A stretch of 64,000 nt of DNA from assembly GCA_903839725.1 (NCBI GenBank), contig CAIMDG010000001.1, positions 3,558 through 67,557 of the forward strand, in the 5' to 3' direction. A program made the position numbers and the translations under genes. Each line of letters starts with the position of its first letter. Positions within the stretch are counted from its first letter, which is position 1. This DNA is from an uncultured bacterium (GTDB lineage Bacteria > Patescibacteriota > Minisyncoccia > Phycocordibacterales > PALSA-1337). Below are positions 37,325-46,766 of this stretch, piece by piece. The notes below the pieces were generated by a model, which saw nothing but the letters and a program-made list of their open reading frames with translations, was not told the origin of the DNA and did no database searches.

Positions 37325-38185
37325 ATGAAAGAACGTATTTTCTCACAGGAAAGTGTCGAAAAGCCCCAGAAGGTGCTATTTGAAAGAGTGCCAGAAGTAG
37401 CGACTGCCTATATTAGTATTAACAACGGCGAAAAGAATATTGTATCACTTGAAGTTCTCGGTGAACTGGAGAGTTGTATCGATAGACTCAAAGAAGATGC
37501 TGAAATAAAATACGTTGTTTTTCATTCAGGGAGAATTGTCGGACAGGATTCAGAGGATGTACCTCCAAGAATTAGTTCGGAATATGCTGAGTGTTCTGGA
37601 TATTTTAGTACAGGTGCTCATGTCAGAGAGATGTCTGAATTATCAAAAGAAGAAGCGTTCGAATATTCGAAACTCGGCCAGCGTATTATGAAAAAGATTC
37701 AAGATTTACCACAGACTACTGTTGCAGTTATTCCGCAAGGATTTTGTGTGGGAGGTGGCTTGGAGCTATCTATGTCTTGTACGTATCGAATTGCTCATAA
37801 AGGAAGTGTATTCCAAATGCCAGAAAAGAAATTGAATATTATTCCTGGCTGGAGAGGTACTCAAACATTGCCGTATCATATAGGTGTACAAGAAGCCGAG
37901 GCGTGGATCAATAGTGGTGGTAAAAGTATGAAAGCTGAGAAAGCATATGAATTAGGTCTTATTGATTATCTATATGAAAATCCACTTGGAAATACAAATG
38001 CAATGATTCAGCATGGTATTGATTTTATTTCTAGGTCAAAACACGATCCAGCAAAAATAACTCTCAATGGTAAAAAAATTGAAAATGATGATGACGAAGC
38101 TACACTTTTTGCAGATAGTTGGAATAACGGAACTCCACAGGGAATGATTAGTTTCTTGGAGAAGCAGAAAAAGGCTACTAAATAG
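37325..38185 (+). CDS. Enoyl-CoA hydratase/isomerase (crotonase) family protein
   Basis: FSTGA, GFCVGGGLELSMSC.YRIA, MPE..L.IIPGW.GTQ and A..LGLID motifs. Confidence 0.88.
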   Translation: MKERIFSQESVEKPQKVLFERVPEVATAYISINNGEKNIVSLEVLGELESCIDRLKEDAEIKYVVFHSGRIVGQDSEDVPPRISSEYAECSGYFSTGAHVREMSELSKEEAFEYSKLGQRIMKKIQDLPQTTVAVIPQGFCVGGGLELSMSCTYRIAHKGSVFQMPEKKLNIIPGWRGTQTLPYHIGVQEAEAWINSGGKSMKAEKAYELGLIDYLYENPLGNTNAMIQHGIDFISRSKHDPAKITLNGKKIENDDDEATLFADSWNNGTPQGMISFLEKQKKATK

Positions 38186-38405
38186 TATTTTTCTTTCCAC
38201 TTTTGAACCATGCATATGCAAATAGTGCGAGTCCGAGAATAAATGAACCGATTCCGTGTTTTACGTGAATAGTAGCTGAACCTTGGATAAATCCCGGAAT
38301 GATATGGGGAAGTGAACCTGCTGGAATGGTCCAGTATATGATGGCGAGAATGATGAAAAGAATGCCGAGAATAGTAGATATGATGCTGAGGCCTTTGGTG
38401 TTCAT
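38178..38405 (-). CDS. Small membrane protein
   Basis: Two TM segments with YWTIPAGSLP...HVKHG. Confidence 0.75.
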   Translation of the reverse strand: MNTKGLSIISTILGILFIILAIIYWTIPAGSLPHIIPGFIQGSATIHVKHGIGSFILGLALFAYAWFKSGKKNTI

Positions 38406-38553
38406 GGGAATGTTATTTACTTGTATGGATGTAGTATAGCATTGAGTAAAGTTAAACCCACTGACGCCTAACATCAGTGGGTGACTTGCGATTGATTAAC
38501 CTCCGAACAATGGCGTCCAATGAGTGCACGTTTCAAGGCGTGCGGTCGCCGCT

Positions 38554-38814
38554 TCAGATATAGAAGTTCCGACGAGGTCGAGCTGGTAAACGATCCACAA
38601 TCCCACCCGATACGAATTCGCGATGTATGTGGTACCAGAACTTTGCCGGGCTTCTTTGTTCGTATTCAGACATCCGACGTGTCTCACCGAAACCACCATC
38701 CCAGTCTGCGCTCGTCAAGGATAGAGGACATGCGTTACATGCACGGATGCACCAACACTTATCCACGGTGAAAGAGAATTGTGGGCAGATTGTTATCCAT
38801 TGTTTGCAACTCAT
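38554..38814 (-). CDS. Possible Cys-rich hypothetical protein
   Basis: 86-aa ORF filling an otherwise empty GC-richer gap; no recognised motif. Confidence 0.35.
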   Translation of the reverse strand: MSCKQWITICPQFSFTVDKCWCIRACNACPLSLTSADWDGGFGETRRMSEYEQRSPAKFWYHIHREFVSGGIVDRLPARPRRNFYI

Positions 38815-38930
38815 ATCGGCAATGGGTTCTGTTAATCCCGCAGGCTTTCTCTCTTATCAAGGCGAAACAACCACAAGCTGAAAATGATTCTCTGCTTTTG
38901 GATATCAAAAGTCAAGTAATTTTTTTAGTA

Positions 38931-39263
38931 TTACTTCTTATGTTTCTCCCCAAAGACTCTCAAATTTTCAATAATAGTATTTAATTCACGTCCTTTTTTA
39001 GTAAGTGAATATTCAACACGTGGTGGTACTTCTGAATATTGTGTTCGTTCAATAATGTTGTGTTCTTCGAGGAATTGAAGCTTCTTGGTGAGGGTACGTG
39101 AACTAACTCCTTCAAGTGATGAAGTGAGTTCACCAAATCTCTTGGTACCAGAACACAGATCACGAACGATCATGAGTGACCATGTATCACCGATAATATT
39201 TGCCGTTCGAGCAACAGGGCAGTCAGTACACATATTCTTGCGTTGTTTCTTGGTTCTGAACAT
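38931..39263 (-). CDS. HxlR-family winged-helix regulator
   Basis: CPV...IIGDTWS, KRFGEL, SRTLTKKL and EVPPRVEYSLT motifs. Confidence 0.93.
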   Translation of the reverse strand: MFRTKKQRKNMCTDCPVARTANIIGDTWSLMIVRDLCSGTKRFGELTSSLEGVSSRTLTKKLQFLEEHNIIERTQYSEVPPRVEYSLTKKGRELNTIIENLRVFGEKHKK

Positions 39264-39389
39264 AGGTGCAGTTTCTCATAGGAATATAGAGCTGTCAATA
39301 CTTTACAAAGTAAAGTGAGGTATATATACTGTACTGACCTATTATAAATAATAATTCATTTCTACTATTTAGGAATGACATATATACAT

Positions 39390-40025
39390 ATGAAAAATAC
39401 AACAGAAGCATTGATGTGGCGCTATGCCACAAAGAAGTTTGATCCTAGTAAGAAGTTGAGTACAGAACAGCTCGATACTATTCTTGAAGCGCTACGTTTG
39501 TCAGCGTCTTCATATGGTCTCCAGCCATGGAAGTTCATCGTTGTTACCAATCCTGAGATTCGTGCCAAGCTCCGCGCGGCTGCATGGAACCAAGCTCAGA
39601 TTACTGATGCATCACAACTTATTGTACTTGCAGTACAAAAGAATGTTGATGCTGCATACGTCGACCGATTTGTTGCAACAGTTGCAAAGGTCAAGAATGT
39701 ACCAGTCGACGCTCTCAAAGGATATGCAGATATGATGAAAGGCTCTGCCTCATCTCGTACTCCAGAAGGTGTCAAAGAATGGTCTTCACGCCAAGTGTAT
39801 ATTGCACTCGGTACAGCTCTTACAGCCGCTGCTGTTTCAGGCATTGATGCATGTCCTATGGAAGGATTTGATACCAAGCAATTCGATGACATTCTTGGTC
39901 TCGAAAAGTTAGGTCTCGAATCACGTGTCCTCTTGCCAGTCGGCTTCCGCGCTGCTGACGATGAGTCTGCCCAATCTCCTAAAGTACGTTTCAGTAAAGG
40001 AGAAGTAGTTATTGAAGTTAAATAG
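39390..40025 (+). CDS. NAD(P)H nitroreductase (NfsB-like)
   Basis: WRYATKKFD, SSYGLQPWKF and DACPMEGFD motifs; divergent from HxlR. Confidence 0.93.
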   Translation: MKNTTEALMWRYATKKFDPSKKLSTEQLDTILEALRLSASSYGLQPWKFIVVTNPEIRAKLRAAAWNQAQITDASQLIVLAVQKNVDAAYVDRFVATVAKVKNVPVDALKGYADMMKGSASSRTPEGVKEWSSRQVYIALGTALTAAAVSGIDACPMEGFDTKQFDDILGLEKLGLESRVLLPVGFRAADDESAQSPKVRFSKGEVVIEVK

Positions 40026-40088
40026 TTATTTTCTCAAGATATCCACATGACGAATACATGCAGAACTACTCTGTAGTATAATGATCTT

Positions 40089-40283
40089 ATGGATATACAA
40101 TATAGTACAGATAATAGTTATCAGAGAACTCCCGTTAATAGTGAAGCACATAGTAAGTCAGCCCTTGTTAATTTCCTGATTAACAAACATGTTGCAAAGA
40201 CTGAGGGTCAGGCAAATACTATTTTGATCCTCTTCATTATTGTTGGTTTTGGTATAACTATTTACACTATTTTCAACCGATAA
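40089..40283 (+). CDS. Small protein with a C-terminal TM segment
   Basis: 64-aa ORF with TATAAT 6 nt before the ATG and a terminator after it. Confidence 0.65.
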   Translation: MDIQYSTDNSYQRTPVNSEAHSKSALVNFLINKHVAKTEGQANTILILFIIVGFGITIYTIFNR

Positions 40284-40346
40284 AACTCTAGATTTTTTCT
40301 AGAGTTTTATTGTTATATGATGCCAGATATGGTATAGTTTTTGCTC

Positions 40347-42398
40347 ATGCAGAAAAAACAACATACTAAGAAAAAGCCCCAGAAAGGCCAATCTCACAAG
40401 CCTTCTCCAGCAATCGTCATCACTGGTGTTGTATCAACAACACAGAAAGGTGCTGGATATATCGACAATGAAGATCCTAAAAAAGATTCTATTTACATAG
40501 AACAAGGAACACTCAATACCGCCTTGAATGGAGACACGGTAGAGGTTTCAGTTTCCAAGAAGGCAATTCGTGGAGTTGTACAAGACGTTGGTGTTGTCAC
40601 CAAGGTTATTTCCCGTGCCAAAGATACGTTCGTCGGTACTGTAGAAGAAGGAAAAGAATTCTATTCTATTGTTCCTGATGATAGAAAAATGTATGTAAGT
40701 ATTGTTATCCCTATTACAGAAACCAAACATCTCAAGAAAGATGAAAAGGTCTTGGTCAAATTACTTTCATGGACTGATGCAACAAAGAACCCTACAGGCA
40801 AAGTTATGCGTGTACTTGGAAAAAAGGGCGTGAATGATGTCGAAATGGAATCTATTGTTCTTGAAAAAGGATTTGAAGTAGGTTTTCCAAAAGCCGTTGA
40901 ACATGAAGCAGAGGCCATCGAAAAAAATAAGGAGATTTCAGCAGAAGAAATATCAAAGCGTCGTGATATGCGTACAACGCAGACATTCACTATTGATCCT
41001 TTTGATGCAAAAGATTTTGATGATGCGATTTCATTCAAGCCTCTTCCTGGAGGATTGTATGAAATAGGTGTTCACATTGCAGATGTGTCTCACTATGTTC
41101 GTGAAGGAACAGCGCTCGACGCAGAAGCAGTCAAACGTGGCTGTTCGGTATATCTCGTTGATCGTACGATCCCCATGCTTCCTGAAGTTCTCTCGAATGA
41201 TGTGTGTAGTTTGAACCCACATGAAGATAAGTTGAGTTTCTCATCTATTTTCACTATTGATACAAAGGGAAAAGTTCATTCACGTTGGTTTGGTCGCACA
41301 GTTATGAATTCGACACACCGTTTTACCTATGAGACAGCACAGGCTGTTATAGACGGTAATCCTCAAGCTATCACTGCGTATTCAAGTGATACTCAGACAG
41401 TTGCATCTGCCGAAGCGGGTATGCAGTATCGTGAACAGTTGGTGACCTTAAATGCTATTGCTAAACATCTTCAAAAGGAAAAATTCTCGAAAGGTGCTAT
41501 CGAATTTGAGCAAGAAGAAATCAAATTCCGTCTGGATGAAAAGGGTAGACCTATCGGCGTATACCGCAAGGAACGCTTGGATACACACAAGCTTGTTGAG
41601 GAATACATGTTGCTCGCCAATCGCGAAGTTGGTAAATATATTTATGATTCTATTCAGAAAAAGGGAAAGCGCGATACTGGTTCTATATATCGTATTCACG
41701 ATGTGCCTGATAAAGATAAGATTTTGAATTTGGCCACATTCGTCAAGGCACTTGGCTACAATCTGCAAAATAAAGATGGCGAGGTTACCGCTCATGCCTT
41801 GAACCATCTCCTCGAACAAATCGATGGTACACCACATGAATCATTGATTCGTACAGCGACGATTCGTTCTATGCAAAAAGCTATTTATTCAACCAAGAAT
41901 ATTGGTCACTTCGGCTTGGCATTTGAATTTTATACTCACTTCACTTCGCCGATTCGTCGTTATCCAGACTTGCTTGTGCATCGTGTATTGGCGAAGCATT
42001 TGAATAACGAACCATTCAAGGATACTGAAATTAACACACTCCAACATATCGCTGAAAGTTCAACTCGTCGCGAAATCAGTGCAACTGAAGCAGAGCGCGC
42101 ATCCAAGAAGTTGAAACAGGTTGAATATATGAGTTCTCGCGTGGGCCAGGTATTCAAGGGGACAATTTCAGGAGTAACTCAATATGGTATCTATGTCGAA
42201 GAAAATGAAACCAAATCTGAGGGTATGATCGCTATACGTAATATTGGTTCAGATTATTATGTCTTTGACCAAAAAACCTATTCTATTGTTGGTGAAAAAA
42301 CAGGGGAACGATTCACACTCGGTGATCAGATTACCTTCAAAGTTATGTCGGCCGATCTCGATAAAAAGATACTCGATTTCACTTTGGTAAGAGGATAA
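40347..42398 (+). CDS. rnr: Ribonuclease R
   Basis: TIDPFDAKDFDDA, VHIADV, EEYMLLAN and HFTSPIRRYPD motifs; C-terminal S1 domain. Confidence 0.96.
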   Translation: MQKKQHTKKKPQKGQSHKPSPAIVITGVVSTTQKGAGYIDNEDPKKDSIYIEQGTLNTALNGDTVEVSVSKKAIRGVVQDVGVVTKVISRAKDTFVGTVEEGKEFYSIVPDDRKMYVSIVIPITETKHLKKDEKVLVKLLSWTDATKNPTGKVMRVLGKKGVNDVEMESIVLEKGFEVGFPKAVEHEAEAIEKNKEISAEEISKRRDMRTTQTFTIDPFDAKDFDDAISFKPLPGGLYEIGVHIADVSHYVREGTALDAEAVKRGCSVYLVDRTIPMLPEVLSNDVCSLNPHEDKLSFSSIFTIDTKGKVHSRWFGRTVMNSTHRFTYETAQAVIDGNPQAITAYSSDTQTVASAEAGMQYREQLVTLNAIAKHLQKEKFSKGAIEFEQEEIKFRLDEKGRPIGVYRKERLDTHKLVEEYMLLANREVGKYIYDSIQKKGKRDTGSIYRIHDVPDKDKILNLATFVKALGYNLQNKDGEVTAHALNHLLEQIDGTPHESLIRTATIRSMQKAIYSTKNIGHFGLAFEFYTHFTSPIRRYPDLLVHRVLAKHLNNEPFKDTEINTLQHIAESSTRREISATEAERASKKLKQVEYMSSRVGQVFKGTISGVTQYGIYVEENETKSEGMIAIRNIGSDYYVFDQKTYSIVGEKTGERFTLGDQITFKVMSADLDKKILDFTLVRG

Positions 42399-42418
42399 AA
42401 TCGCGCTATACTATAGTC

Positions 42419-42541
42419 ATGCAATCAACCTTGCAAACAATCGTTATCATTATCATCATCGCTGGTATCGTCTACTTCAATTCTGGAGGCAAGAAAAAAG
42501 ACGACAAAAAAGATGGTAAGAAGGATGATAAGAAGAAATAA
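42419..42541 (+). CDS. 40-aa single-TM protein with a Lys/Asp-rich tail
   Basis: Manual translation MQSTLQTIVIIIIIAGIVYFNSGGKKKDDKKDGKKDDKKK; TATACT 6 nt upstream. Confidence 0.7.
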   Translation: MQSTLQTIVIIIIIAGIVYFNSGGKKKDDKKDGKKDDKKK

Positions 42542-42583
42542 CTTAGTAATTACTTTACGTAAATGTACTAAGCGCAGAGGTCT

Positions 42584-43097
42584 CTATTCCAAAATAGAAT
42601 ATTTTTTGTGTATGCTAATAGGAAGTCCTGATTTTCTGGCCTTATCAATTGTGTCCTGAGTTCCAACACTATTGTTAACTTGGAATGCATACACTTCATT
42701 AGAATTCTTTACTTCCTCAGTATCTCTCAGGAGGTATTCTTCTTGTGTGATGATTTGATAAGGCATTTCAATCAAGTGTTCAGACTTGAAAGCTTTGAAT
42801 TTTCTAGGAAATAAAGCCAGAATATCTATGTCTTGTGTCGTGATTGGTTTTTTGCACCAGTTTGTATGGTAGTCGGTTATATAATCTTCGAGGTATGCGG
42901 GAATAATTATTTTTAAGGTGTGAACCATCAGGTTTTAGTTTCATTGCTTCATCCATGGCAAAATAATCAACACCAGTAGCTCCTCCTGTGAGAACTCCTT
43001 CACCACGACCTATAACTTCTCTCACTGCTAATCGTACATCAGCTTCAACTTGTGGATTGGTGAGTCTCCATGTGCCTGTGAATAATATCCATTTCAT
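42584..43097 (-). pseudogene. SLOG/DprA-like nucleotide-binding protein split by a +1 frameshift
   Basis: N-terminal part FTGTWR...LTGGATGVD and C-terminal part ...VYAFQVNNSVGTQDTI join at an A5 run (42910-42914). Confidence 0.75.
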
Positions 43098-43112
43098 ATA
43101 TAATTTCTTTGA

Positions 43113-43712
43113 TTATTTCTTACCATCTATTTGCCATTGCTGTATTGCGGGAATAGGATCAACGAGCATAATAACATTCAAGGTAAGATTGTCACGTACG
43201 TAGTACGCACAACCAAGTTCCATGGTGATAATGAGTACAATACTGATCCATACCTTCGAGAATGAAGCGAACCAAAATCCGATAGCCATCCATACAATAT
43301 CTGAGACTGAATTGAGAATACTGTCTCCGATGTATCCAGTCGCAATTGTTGCGTCTCGATAGCGATTGATGATAAGAGGGGAATTCTCAAGAATTTCCCA
43401 ACCTGCTTCAATCAGTATTGCAATAACAAGGCGATATTTCTTGGGAAGCTTTTTTGCTACAAGACCAAGGAACCAGTAAAAAATAAGTCCATGAGCTATG
43501 TGCGAGAATGTATATGGATCTGCGATACGCTGTGAATTCTCATTGCTCCATATATCACCATCCCACCAACCAAAGTGTCCATCTGGCCCAAGTGGTGAGC
43601 GACCGAGAAGATATTCAATACAGGCAACGATGACGAGAATACCTATAAAGCTAAGGATTACGCCTTTATGTTCTCGGATGAATCGAGTTATTTTGTGTGT
43701 GTAGCTTTTCAT
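43113..43712 (-). CDS. DUF2585-family membrane protein
   Basis: NSQRIADPYTFSHIAHG, WEILENSP.II.RYR, GDS..NS and RDNLTLN motifs. Confidence 0.9.
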   Translation of the reverse strand: MKSYTHKITRFIREHKGVILSFIGILVIVACIEYLLGRSPLGPDGHFGWWDGDIWSNENSQRIADPYTFSHIAHGLIFYWFLGLVAKKLPKKYRLVIAILIEAGWEILENSPLIINRYRDATIATGYIGDSILNSVSDIVWMAIGFWFASFSKVWISIVLIITMELGCAYYVRDNLTLNVIMLVDPIPAIQQWQIDGKK

Positions 43713-43749
43713 ACATTTTATTATAGCCCATGTCATGAATGATTGCAGG

Positions 43750-43797
43750 AATAACAAAACACCCCAATGCTTATGAGTATTGGGGTGTTTTGTTATT
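43750..43797. terminator. Intrinsic terminator
   Basis: aataacaaaacaccccaat...attggggtgttttgttatt. Confidence 0.7.
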
Positions 43798-44074
43798 ACT
43801 CGAGTTTTTTGTCTATAAGTTCTTCTATTTCTTTTGCGTCAGCTTTGAGAACTTCTGTCGTTGCACCACCAGCTTTCATTTCAAGATATCTGCGTAATCT
43901 ACCCATAACTTCGCGACTGTCTTCTTGATCAGTTATTTTTTCCAAAACTTCGATAGGGGTATCTTGATTAAAAATACCTACTTCAAGAGTATTCTGATCG
44001 TCTGCGGATAACTTCTCAAAAAAAGTTTTTAATGAAAATGATTCCTGTTGATTTATTTTATCGATGTTAGACAT
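43796..44074 (-). CDS. Hypothetical acidic protein
   Basis: 92-aa ORF. Confidence 0.6.
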   Translation of the reverse strand: MSNIDKINQQESFSLKTFFEKLSADDQNTLEVGIFNQDTPIEVLEKITDQEDSREVMGRLRRYLEMKAGGATTEVLKADAKEIEELIDKKLE

Positions 44075-44261
44075 AATTGTATTGATTATTGTAAATAGAG
44101 TATAGCGCTTTTTATGAAATGCAGTAACTGTAGTATTATACTACTTTTGTATATATCTGTCAATTCATGTATATATGGCTTGAAATAGAGGTATTTTGAG
44201 ACAATGAGTGAATAATAAAAGCGCATTCTGAGAACAGAATGCGCTGGCGTGAAGTAGATCT

Positions 44262-45755
44262 TCACGAGCCCATCAGATACTGAAGGGCAGTGGCCGCTGA
44301 ATAGGTGTGATCTTCAACTTTCATCAAATGCTTGAGGAAAGAGAGGTCGTCACCCAAAGTAACGATTGCGGGTTCTCCCAAATCACCGAGGCTGAGTGGG
44401 TCAGCAATACCCGGTGCAACTATTGCAGCCGCTGCAATGAGTCCATTGCACAGACAGCGTGCATTCGCAGCATCTTCGAGTGTGCCATGTTTACGGAGAT
44501 AGTTGTCTATCGGTTCCGCGGGACAGCGATAGATGATTGAGTCATCTTCTTTCACGAAAAGTGTTCGGAGATAGCACTGGTTGCAGACTCTCTGACGATT
44601 GTTGAATACGGTTGTATCGTAGAGAGTTCCTGCTATCGGAGCTACTTTGAACGGGAATCCTGTAGGTGATGCTTGCGGATCCGTGCGGATTCGTAGCGCA
44701 TTGTTGAATCCTTGTTTGCGCGCTTCACGAGTGTATTGAGGAGCGAGTCCTGATTCTCGTGAAAGAGCAAACATGGTGCCGACTTGAATTCCCGCAAGAC
44801 CAATTGCACGAACTTTCTGCAATAATTCTGGTGATGCATACGAACCGCCGATCCATATAGGGATTCCAAGCGCTACCATCTTGTGAAGATCCACAACGTC
44901 GCGTTCTCCATAGACCGGTTCGCCGAGATCATTCAAAATGACTGGCTTGCCGCGTGGTGGAGCATTGTGTCCACCTGCAGTTGATGTTTCTGCAACCAAT
45001 CCTTGAATTTTTCCAGTGGCACGTCTGCCGAGAAATACCTCTCCAAGGCTGATTGAAGAGATGATCGGCAAGAATGCCGGCCGTTTGAGTCCGGGGAACG
45101 GTGTTCCGAAGAATTCATTCCAAGAGAACCGTATTGATTGCGGAGCGATTTTCTTTCCCTCAACATCTATAATGTATTCACCTACACCATGTTGTGAAAG
45201 TGAATCCAGAATACCAGGAACTTGCCGAGCTATTCCCGCACCCATAGTGAGGCAGTCTACTCCTGCCATCATGACGCCGACAAAGCTGGCGATATGTGGC
45301 ATCTGCATTTTTTCGAGGAAGTTCACGCTGATCAAGCCATTGTGTCGTATACCATTCTCGTCATGCAGGGCAAGCCATGCCATGGCGAAAGTTGATGCTA
45401 TTGTAAGGCTCGTGAGAAACCGTGATGGTTTGAGCGTGTAAGGAATAACCGTCTTGAAAGGTTTATCCATCGGTATACCACCCTCGACAAAATATTCATC
45501 GAGGATAGGTTGCACATGTTCCTGATAGGGGAACTGGGAGAGTGCCAAGCGATAATGTCCACCAGGATCTCCTCGTTGGAGTATCCGAGTGAGAATGACG
45601 GGAGCTGCGACACCAGAGAAGGTGCCGAGAGCACCACACATCGAGGTGAGGCGTGCGAGAAACGGCGTCGAGACATATGGTCCCATACCGCCTTGAATAA
45701 CTGAGGGTCGATTATCTGTAAACATATGTTTATTTGTCGACGTACGTTGAGACAT
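44262..45755 (-). CDS. Nitronate monooxygenase / 2-nitropropane dioxygenase family flavoprotein
   Basis: IQGGMG, MGAGI, AGGHNAPPRG, IQVGT.F and SPTGFPFKV motifs; start uncertain (45755 or 45725). Confidence 0.9.
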   Translation of the reverse strand: MSQRTSTNKHMFTDNRPSVIQGGMGPYVSTPFLARLTSMCGALGTFSGVAAPVILTRILQRGDPGGHYRLALSQFPYQEHVQPILDEYFVEGGIPMDKPFKTVIPYTLKPSRFLTSLTIASTFAMAWLALHDENGIRHNGLISVNFLEKMQMPHIASFVGVMMAGVDCLTMGAGIARQVPGILDSLSQHGVGEYIIDVEGKKIAPQSIRFSWNEFFGTPFPGLKRPAFLPIISSISLGEVFLGRRATGKIQGLVAETSTAGGHNAPPRGKPVILNDLGEPVYGERDVVDLHKMVALGIPIWIGGSYASPELLQKVRAIGLAGIQVGTMFALSRESGLAPQYTREARKQGFNNALRIRTDPQASPTGFPFKVAPIAGTLYDTTVFNNRQRVCNQCYLRTLFVKEDDSIIYRCPAEPIDNYLRKHGTLEDAANARCLCNGLIAAAAIVAPGIADPLSLGDLGEPAIVTLGDDLSFLKHLMKVEDHTYSAATALQYLMGS

Positions 45756-45905
45756 ATTTATTCCGGCCACGGAATAGAGGGATGTCGTAGTGATCTGTAT
45801 TCATCATAACAGAGTGGAGTGTATTTACACAGAATGATATAAAAAATAGCGCTACCGTGAGGCAGCGCTAGGAAGTGGGATACCACAATTTTGTTATTTC
45901 GACGG

Positions 45906-46115
45906 TCAGTTCTTTCTTGTTTTCGAGCGATGGAAGAACATTTCGAAGCCGACGACGGTGAGAAGTGAGATGAAACCTGCCCAATTGAGTAGTTTATCGA
46001 TATCACTTCCCGGACTTACACCTGGTGTAAGCTTGTAGCACAGGAAGAGCAGTGCAACGAAGCTCGGCAGCAGGATGAACAGACCAATCCGATTGATTAA
46101 TGTTGTTGGTTTCAT
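45906..46115 (-). CDS. Small two-TM protein
   Basis: ATG 46115 directly follows the stop of the upstream ORF. Confidence 0.6.
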   Translation of the reverse strand: MKPTTLINRIGLFILLPSFVALLFLCYKLTPGVSPGSDIDKLLNWAGFISLLTVVGFEMFFHRSKTRKN

Positions 46116-46116
46116 A

Positions 46117-46629
46117 TTAAATCCCATCAATACCTTCACCAATCACTTCAAGTTGTTCCTTGAAGATTGCATAGAGAGACAATGGAGGTGTATCACTGGC
46201 TTGGTCGTCAAGACTTGTTTGTCTATGTTCGAGATACAGACTCCGTATCTTCCGTCGAGCTGCGTCGACGAGTTCGAAGTCTTCCAAGTAGTATTGCTCT
46301 CTGTGGAATTTGTTGGCCCATTTGGCATGCCACACTGACATCGGATCAGTGTCTATTTTTACCAATTCGACCCATCCACATTTGCATACCGTGAATGTAA
46401 GTTTGACTGGACGTCTGATGAACCAGCGCCATTTACCCGCAGGACTTCTATAGGAGATTGATTCGTCCTGCGGAAGAAGTATTTTGCAGACCCGTTTGAC
46501 GTCGATGCGGCCACAGGTTTTCTTGCGACACCGCCGAGCGACTTTCTTGTAAAAACGATGGATAGCCCAACAAACTACGAGGATAATGACAGCTATTACA
46601 CTGCCAATGATGGCAAAAAACGTATTCAT
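46117..46629 (-). CDS. Hypothetical protein with an N-terminal TM segment and Cys motifs
   Basis: 170-aa ORF; CxxxxC and CxC. Confidence 0.65.
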   Translation of the reverse strand: MNTFFAIIGSVIAVIILVVCWAIHRFYKKVARRCRKKTCGRIDVKRVCKILLPQDESISYRSPAGKWRWFIRRPVKLTFTVCKCGWVELVKIDTDPMSVWHAKWANKFHREQYYLEDFELVDAARRKIRSLYLEHRQTSLDDQASDTPPLSLYAIFKEQLEVIGEGIDGI

Positions 46630-46766
46630 AATCTAACCGCAGTATATATCAAAGAGTCACGTAACGCACGTGCTGTAAACCCTCATGTAAAATGAGTAAT
46701 TGTGTAGTAAAAATGAATAAAAATCCCCGCCGGTAGCGTTGCTACAGGCGGGGGGCGATATTGCTT

